This document shows, in pieces, positions 58,354 to 64,000 of a stretch of 64,000 nucleotides of DNA. Position 1 is the stretch's first letter. Each line of letters opens with the position of its first letter. The translations under genes and the position numbers were made by a program. The notes beneath the pieces were generated by a model that saw nothing but the letters and a program-made list of their open reading frames with translations, was not told where the DNA came from and made no database searches. The stretch is from Nitrospinales bacterium. Its GTDB lineage: Bacteria > Nitrospinota > Nitrospinia > Nitrospinales > VA-1. The stretch is from NCBI GenBank assembly GCA_965223345.1, contig CBDCWG010000012.1, positions 3,301,286-3,365,285 of the forward strand, in the 5' to 3' direction.

Positions 58354-61300
58354 TCACAACCAGTTGTTGATCATCAGAAACGGCGACCAGAAAAACGGGT
58401 GCCTGAATTCCTGGCTGGCGAGCAGTTTCTTCTGCGCCTCCTGCAGCGCCTGCGCCTTCGTCAGGTTGGGGTTTTTGAGCTGCTGGTAGAATTCGGCGAT
58501 CAGCTCGGTGGTTCCCTGGTCGCTGATCTTCCAGAGGCTGCCCAAGGCGCTGCGGGCTCCGGCCTGAATCGCGACGCCGGCCAGCCCCAGTGCGGCCCGG
58601 TCGTCGCCGGCGGCGGTCTCGCAGGCGCTCAATACCAGGAGCTCGATGGGATTGTCCCGCGTGCGGGTCGGGCCGATGAAGGTGCGCAGTTTGTCCATGT
58701 GGATTTTGCCGTCGTAGGCGAGGAGGAAGTTTTCCTTCTCGCGTCCTGTGAAACTGCCGTGCGAGGCGATGTGCACGATGGACATCTCCTTCGCCTGGAG
58801 CGCACTGCCGAAATTGTTCACGGTGAAGCTGCGGTTCATCAGCACGTCGCCGCCGTAGATGCTCCTGATGTTGGCGACTTCCTGCGGCACCGAATCCAGC
58901 GCGGAGAAATCCTGCACCGCTTCGCTGAGGCCGGCGAGCAGCATGCGCACGTTTTCCCGGTCCAGAGGTTCGGGTTGCGTCATCGTCAGGCTGGGCGTGA
59001 CGGCGACGGCGAATTTCTGCACCAGGAATTCATCGCCGTCGTTGAGCGCGGACATGGGCACCGAGCGCAGCGGTCCGTCGGGCACGAACACCAGGGTGTC
59101 GCGGCCGGCTTTGTGCAGATCCTTCTCGATGGGGCGGATGAGCCAGTCGTACAGCCTGCGCGACGATCCCGCATACTGCTCCGCGCCCCGCTCCACGTAC
59201 TGGCGAAACTTGCCGATCTCCGCGGTGACCTCCTGCTGGCCGACAGGTGTGGTGAAACGCCGGATGCCGCCGGGCAGGCTGACCAGAAGATCCACCCGGT
59301 CCGCAAACAGGATGGGATAGACCACCGCCGCGGTTTCCGAGACGCCTTCCAGGCTGACGGACTTCGTATCCGATTCGCCGAAGCATTCGTCCTGGAAGTA
59401 TTCGCGTAACTCGGAGGCGCGGAATTTTTCCAGCGTGTCGCGCGCCTCCACGAGGAACATCTGCGATTTCGCCGGTTCCTTGACGATCGCGCTGGCTTTC
59501 ACCAGACCGTCCACCAGATCCATGTACACCGGTGAGACGACCTTGTGAAAATGTGCGCTGGAGGAGCCGTACTGGGCCAGGCTTTCCTGGCGCGTGTCTT
59601 CCAGGATCTTCACCGCCCGCCGGTAGGAGCGCAGCGCCGGGCCACGCTTGCCCATCGCCCAGAGGATCCGCCCCTCCTGCCACAGCCAGCGGTAAATCGC
59701 CTCGGGCGCGTTCGAAGCGTTGGCCGAATTGAGGGCGACGCGCGTCACGTACAGCGCTTCGTCGAGTCGGCCGCGCTTCAGGTAGAGGCTGCCCAGGTTG
59801 CCGAGCGCGAACGAGCGGGCGCGGAACTCATCCTGATTTTTGGAAACGGTGTACGCACCGACCAGCGAATCGTAGGCTTTGAGGTAGGCGTGCTTCTCGT
59901 GCCTCGACGAAGTTTCGGCGAGTTGTTCGTAGGATTTCGCCAGATGGATGAGGATGACCGCCTTCTCGCTGGAATCCTCCAGCGAACCGGCCCATTTGAA
60001 GGCGCCGTCCAACAGGCGCTGCACGCTGTCTCTTCTTCCGGCCTTCAGGGCAGCGCGCGCGCCGTTGGACAGAGCCTTGACGAACTGCACATTCTGGTTG
60101 CTGGCTTTGGCGGCCTCGGCGCTCTGCTGGTAAATCCGGATGGCCTGCTGGTATTCCCCTTCTGTGGAATACAGGTTGCCGAGATTGTTGAGCGAGGTGG
60201 TGACGAGGGCGGGCTGATCGGTTTCCTGAGCCAGCTTGAGCCCGCGCGTCAGCAGGTTTTTGGCGGTCTTGGAATCGCCCAGCGCGATGTTGGCGTTCCC
60301 CATGCTGGTCAACAGCGAGGCCACCTGCACCCTGTCTCTGGTTTTTTTGGCAATCTTCAGCGCTTCCTTGAGCGTCCCGATGGATTCGGTGAACTTTCCC
60401 TGCACCTGCTGGGTTTCCGCCAGCTTGCGCAGCGCGTCGCCGCGCGCGGCCTGGTTTCCCAGCGCCGCGTACAGTCTGGAGGCGCGGGCCCACTGCTGCC
60501 CGGCTTTTTCGTAGTCGCCGCCGCGGAACGCGCGGGTGCCCTCGGTCAGCGCGCGGGCGCTTTCCACCTGCGGCGCGTCCGCATCGATCTGCTCCGCCAG
60601 TTGCGGCTGCGCGCCCGGCGGCAGCGCGGCCACCTCGACCGAAGGATCGGCGTTCAGGATGTCGGGATGGTAGGCCATGAGCAGATCCTCAGGCGAAGCC
60701 GGAAGCCCGCGCCGCTTGACGACGCGGAAGCCGCCACGGTCCTCGCCGGAGGGGCGGACCCGGCAGGCGGTCTTGATGTGATTGTAGGTCTGGTCGAAGA
60801 CCGCAACCTCCAGCGCGAAGTCGATGTCTTCATCGAACGTATCCAGAGTCTCGACGTTTTTTTCATCCGGGTTTCCCTCGCAGCCTTCGGGACAGGGCGG
60901 AGGCGGCGGCGGTTCCACAGCGGGGCTCTGGATGAGCTTCTCCGACCGCACGGTATCGAACCCGCTCACCAGCACACCCACCTCTCCGCCGGAGTTTTCG
61001 GTTGCGAGGACGGTGCCTTCCTGAATCACGAACTCGGAGGGGTCGCCCGCGGTGCCGGTGTAGGTGATCGAAACGCCGGCCTCGCTCTGGATCTCCGATT
61101 CGTTGAGCAGGCGCACCACGGGGGCACTCACCTGAACGGCGCTGGGCGTTTCGGAAACCCTGAGTGCGGTGAGCGTGGACGTGTCTTCCGACTCCACGAC
61201 GTTTCCGGTCAACTCGCTGTCGGAAAGGGTGAACGCTTCACTGGCGTAGATGGCGACAGAGCTCGACCTTCCATCACTCTGCCCGGTCAGCTCCGCGCCG

Positions 61301-63816
61301 CCGATCACCTGAACCCCGGTGCCCACGACCGCCAGGAGACGCGGCGTTTCCAGCTGGCTGCCCTGAATACGCACCTGCCCGGTGGGATCGCCGAAGAAAC
61401 CGGGACTCGATACCCGCAGCGTGCTTTGATCTCCCGAGTCGCCTTCATCCACCGGCGGCAGCGGAAAGTTCAAAGGTGTGGCAGCGGCAATATAAAACGC
61501 ACCGGAGGTGTTGAAGGTGGCGTTGGGGCCGAAGAACACGCCGTTGGGGTTGATGAAGAAAAAATTGGCTCCAGGGATCGCAGAGATTATGGCTCCATCA
61601 ATGGAAGATGCATTTCCGCCTGTTACTCGACTGATGATATTTTCGATGAAGCTATCCCCGGTAAACGTCGCGGTTTCACCTGTCGCGAGGTTGAACTCCT
61701 GAAAACTGTGAAACAGATTGCCATCCTCAGTCAGGCCCATGTCTTCATCAATGATAAAGAACGGCCCGGAGAGTTGTACCGGCTCCTCCTCCGTCAATTT
61801 TCCATCCAGTACAATCCCTCCCGGGCCAAAATCAAAATCTTCAGCCCCTGCAAGCGGGTCGAGCGGCGTCCCCGATACGAAGTCCTCGGCGGCCACCTGA
61901 CTGCCAAAACTGCCGATCCTGAATATATCGATCAGTCCGCCGTACGCGTCCCCTCCTTCCACTTTGATCAGACTGTCGTCTTTGATGTGGAAGCGAAAAT
62001 CTTCTCCGCATTCAATACACGGCTCGATGTCGATGTCGCCTCCAACCGCAAACCCAGCCGTTTTGGAATGGATGGAGGATTCATTTTCAATCAACACATC
62101 GGGCGAGCGGACCACCACATAACCGCCATCGCCGTCTCCCGTGGTCTCGGTTTCGATGTCGCTGCCTGAAAGCACCAATTCATCGAACGCCTCCACGAAG
62201 ATCTCACCGCCCTCTCCGCCATGCGGGCTGTAGTAATTATCATCCTCTCCAGCATTGCCCTCATATCGAGTGGAGGACAAAAGCGTGGACTGCTGCTGAA
62301 TGGTGACGGAAGAAGCCTGGACGGTCACCGTGCCTCCGGCAGCAGACCCTTCGGTCACCGTTTCAACGCGGGCTCCAGACAAATCGACGGAGTCCTCGGC
62401 GGCGATTCCGATGTCTCCCCCCTGCCCCGCATCGCTGTCGCAGCCCTCACAGGTGCCCACATATTCCGTAGAAGATAGCACTGTCGCTCCACCGCCGACG
62501 GTCACCGTGGAAGCAATTTCTTTTGGACTATCGATGTCTTCAATGAAGCCGATGCGGATGTCACCGCCCTCACCGCGGGCATCTTCAGAAACACTCGATT
62601 TCACCGTGCCGCCGGAAAGCGCAAAATTATCGGGAGAAAACAAAGAGATATCGCCGCCGTTTCCGTATGACTCGGTGCGGGTCTGAATTGTAGAATCCGC
62701 GTCCATATTGAGGACGGGTGTATTGATTAAAATATTTCCTCCGTCACCTTCATAGGAACTGGCAGTGTTCGTGGCAACGGTGCTGGCATTCAGAAGTTTC
62801 ACTTCCGGGGCACTGATGAAAATATCCCCGCCATCCTCCGTCTCACCCAAGGTCGTGGTTTCGACAGTGGTATCAGAAAATAGAATGCTGTTTTCCGCGT
62901 TGACTCGGATGTTTCCGCTCGCATCAATATCAGGACCACTGACTGAAGTGGTGGATGTGAATGAGTTGTCATCGAAACCGGTGATCGACGTCTTGATATC
63001 CGAATTGCTCACATCGATGTCGGTGCCAGCGAGCAGGATGGTTCCCAATCCGTTGTCATTGAGTTCGAGAACGCTGTCGGCAATGGTGAGGGTGTTTTTC
63101 GCATCCAGACGAATGGGACCGCCCTGAACAACTCCGCTGTCGGAATCCGGATCTGCCGGAGCGATGGTGGCATTGGAGACCTTCACATCGGCGCCGCTCA
63201 AAGACATGCCCTTATTGAGCGCCAGCGTACTTCCGTTCACTTCGAGTGTGAGTGTGGCGGTGGAATCATCGAAAAATCCGAAATCAACAGGACTGGAAAC
63301 ATTGAGAACTGGGGGGACGCTTGTGTCTGCAGTCAACCTGGGACCCTCTGAAAAATTGAGAGAATCCGCCGCACCCACGTTGAAAGTTCCATCAACATCG
63401 ATTTGTGCATTTTGCCCAAAAACAACCCCGGCAGGATTCAAGAACCAAAAATTAGCATTAGGAATTGAGGATCGGAGCGTACCAAATATTTCAGAAGGAT
63501 TGCCGCCGGTGACCCTGCTGATCACATTGTTGATGGGACTTTCGGCACTGGATGAGAAATTCGTTGTGAAATCAGCGATGATTTTTTCCGGCACGTTGAA
63601 ATCACTAAAACTATGAAACAGATTCACTTTTGACAGCTCTCCATACTCTTGTTTTATCTCAATGGTATTTGTATTTGTATCCAAAGTAGGCTGAACACTG
63701 GCATACGGCCCCACGGTTCCATCACGCTTAATCTGCCCCGAGGCGATGAGCGGGAAAAACACGATGAACGTGAAGAAGCAAAGGGCGATGGTGGGTCTGC
63801 TGCGTCTGGTTTTCAT
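58354..63816 (-). CDS. TpsA-type exoprotein: signal peptide, two filamentous-haemagglutinin (TPS) domains, TPR, and CHAT (caspase-like) domain
   Basis: Two copies of NLFHSF..FN…ISRVTGG..S.I.G…NP.GV.FG; TPRs (SLNNLGNLY); CHAT motifs LVFVPDGPL...P..AL, HIASHG, LSACETA.GD and HPFFW.PF. Confidence 0.92.
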   Translation of the reverse strand: MKTRRSRPTIALCFFTFIVFFPLIASGQIKRDGTVGPYASVQPTLDTNTNTIEIKQEYGELSKVNLFHSFSDFNVPEKIIADFTTNFSSSAESPINNVISRVTGGNPSEIFGTLRSSIPNANFWFLNPAGVVFGQNAQIDVDGTFNVGAADSLNFSEGPRLTADTSVPPVLNVSSPVDFGFFDDSTATLTLEVNGSTLALNKGMSLSGADVKVSNATIAPADPDSDSGVVQGGPIRLDAKNTLTIADSVLELNDNGLGTILLAGTDIDVSNSDIKTSITGFDDNSFTSTTSVSGPDIDASGNIRVNAENSILFSDTTVETTTLGETEDGGDIFISAPEVKLLNASTVATNTASSYEGDGGNILINTPVLNMDADSTIQTRTESYGNGGDISLFSPDNFALSGGTVKSSVSEDARGEGGDIRIGFIEDIDSPKEIASTVTVGGGATVLSSTEYVGTCEGCDSDAGQGGDIGIAAEDSVDLSGARVETVTEGSAAGGTVTVQASSVTIQQQSTLLSSTRYEGNAGEDDNYYSPHGGEGGEIFVEAFDELVLSGSDIETETTGDGDGGYVVVRSPDVLIENESSIHSKTAGFAVGGDIDIEPCIECGEDFRFHIKDDSLIKVEGGDAYGGLIDIFRIGSFGSQVAAEDFVSGTPLDPLAGAEDFDFGPGGIVLDGKLTEEEPVQLSGPFFIIDEDMGLTEDGNLFHSFQEFNLATGETATFTGDSFIENIISRVTGGNASSIDGAIISAIPGANFFFINPNGVFFGPNATFNTSGAFYIAAATPLNFPLPPVDEGDSGDQSTLRVSSPGFFGDPTGQVRIQGSQLETPRLLAVVGTGVQVIGGAELTGQSDGRSSSVAIYASEAFTLSDSELTGNVVESEDTSTLTALRVSETPSAVQVSAPVVRLLNESEIQSEAGVSITYTGTAGDPSEFVIQEGTVLATENSGGEVGVLVSGFDTVRSEKLIQSPAVEPPPPPPCPEGCEGNPDEKNVETLDTFDEDIDFALEVAVFDQTYNHIKTACRVRPSGEDRGGFRVVKRRGLPASPEDLLMAYHPDILNADPSVEVAALPPGAQPQLAEQIDADAPQVESARALTEGTRAFRGGDYEKAGQQWARASRLYAALGNQAARGDALRKLAETQQVQGKFTESIGTLKEALKIAKKTRDRVQVASLLTSMGNANIALGDSKTAKNLLTRGLKLAQETDQPALVTTSLNNLGNLYSTEGEYQQAIRIYQQSAEAAKASNQNVQFVKALSNGARAALKAGRRDSVQRLLDGAFKWAGSLEDSSEKAVILIHLAKSYEQLAETSSRHEKHAYLKAYDSLVGAYTVSKNQDEFRARSFALGNLGSLYLKRGRLDEALYVTRVALNSANASNAPEAIYRWLWQEGRILWAMGKRGPALRSYRRAVKILEDTRQESLAQYGSSSAHFHKVVSPVYMDLVDGLVKASAIVKEPAKSQMFLVEARDTLEKFRASELREYFQDECFGESDTKSVSLEGVSETAAVVYPILFADRVDLLVSLPGGIRRFTTPVGQQEVTAEIGKFRQYVERGAEQYAGSSRRLYDWLIRPIEKDLHKAGRDTLVFVPDGPLRSVPMSALNDGDEFLVQKFAVAVTPSLTMTQPEPLDRENVRMLLAGLSEAVQDFSALDSVPQEVANIRSIYGGDVLMNRSFTVNNFGSALQAKEMSIVHIASHGSFTGREKENFLLAYDGKIHMDKLRTFIGPTRTRDNPIELLVLSACETAAGDDRAALGLAGVAIQAGARSALGSLWKISDQGTTELIAEFYQQLKNPNLTKAQALQEAQKKLLASQEFRHPFFWSPFLMINNWL

Positions 63817-63834
63817 GTCTTTAAAGCTCCTGGC

Positions 63835-64000
63835 CTAATCGAAGGTGGTGGTCAGACTCAAATAGATGCCGTTGTCCTGCAGGTCGTGCTCGCTTTTATC
63901 GGGCACGTCGCGGAACTGGTGCGCCCAGCTGAATTGAAACAGGATGTCCTCGGTGAACCCGACGCGCGTGCCCACCCCGGCGCTGAGCAGGGTCTTCTGC
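63835..64000 (-). CDS. 3' end of a probable ShlB/FhaC/HecB (TpsB) transporter
   Basis: Translated by hand as QKTLLSAGVGTRVGF…SWAHQF…DLQDNGIYLSLTTTFD*, a TpsB-like C-terminus, 18 bp upstream of the TpsA gene. Confidence 0.7.
   Translation of the reverse strand, partial: QKTLLSAGVGTRVGFTEDILFQFSWAHQFRDVPDKSEHDLQDNGIYLSLTTTFD

Overview
Bacterial chromosomal window of moderately high GC. The gene style suggests a Nitrospinota/deltaproteobacteria-like Gram-negative organism, but this is inference only. From left to right: (1) a MinD/FlhG-like ATPase and a surface-polysaccharide cluster (two GT4, one GT2, a Wzx flippase, a nucleotidyltransferase-like protein and an alkaline-phosphatase-superfamily protein); (2) a tRNA nucleotidyltransferase, probably CC-adding, and an esterase; (3) a ~17 kb cobalamin uptake and late-biosynthesis cluster with two cobalamin riboswitches (btuFDC, cobQ, cobS, a cobU-bluB fusion, cobD, cbiB, btuB, cbiA/cobB, a very long tonB, cobT) plus three unexplained exported proteins; (4) housekeeping genes (dapL, folK, thiI, cysteine desulfurase, ubiX, tmk); (5) a chemoreceptor with a c-heme domain and two PAS domains; (6) a metal-uptake operon preceded by a His/CxxC/RGPP leader peptide whose 3' end can base-pair over the next gene's start codon; (7) two tandem micro-lipoproteins ending in GGYRY, next to a B12-binding radical SAM gene and a cupin; (8) tRNA-Pro(GGG) with a ~500 bp att-like islet; (9) an accessory region ending in a two-partner-secretion locus whose 1820 aa exoprotein has two TPS domains fused to TPR and a caspase-like CHAT domain, facing a TPR lipoprotein and a mini HExxH lipoprotein. 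No CRISPR array, rRNA or intact transposase/integrase was seen. All calls come from motif recognition by eye; no database searches were run.
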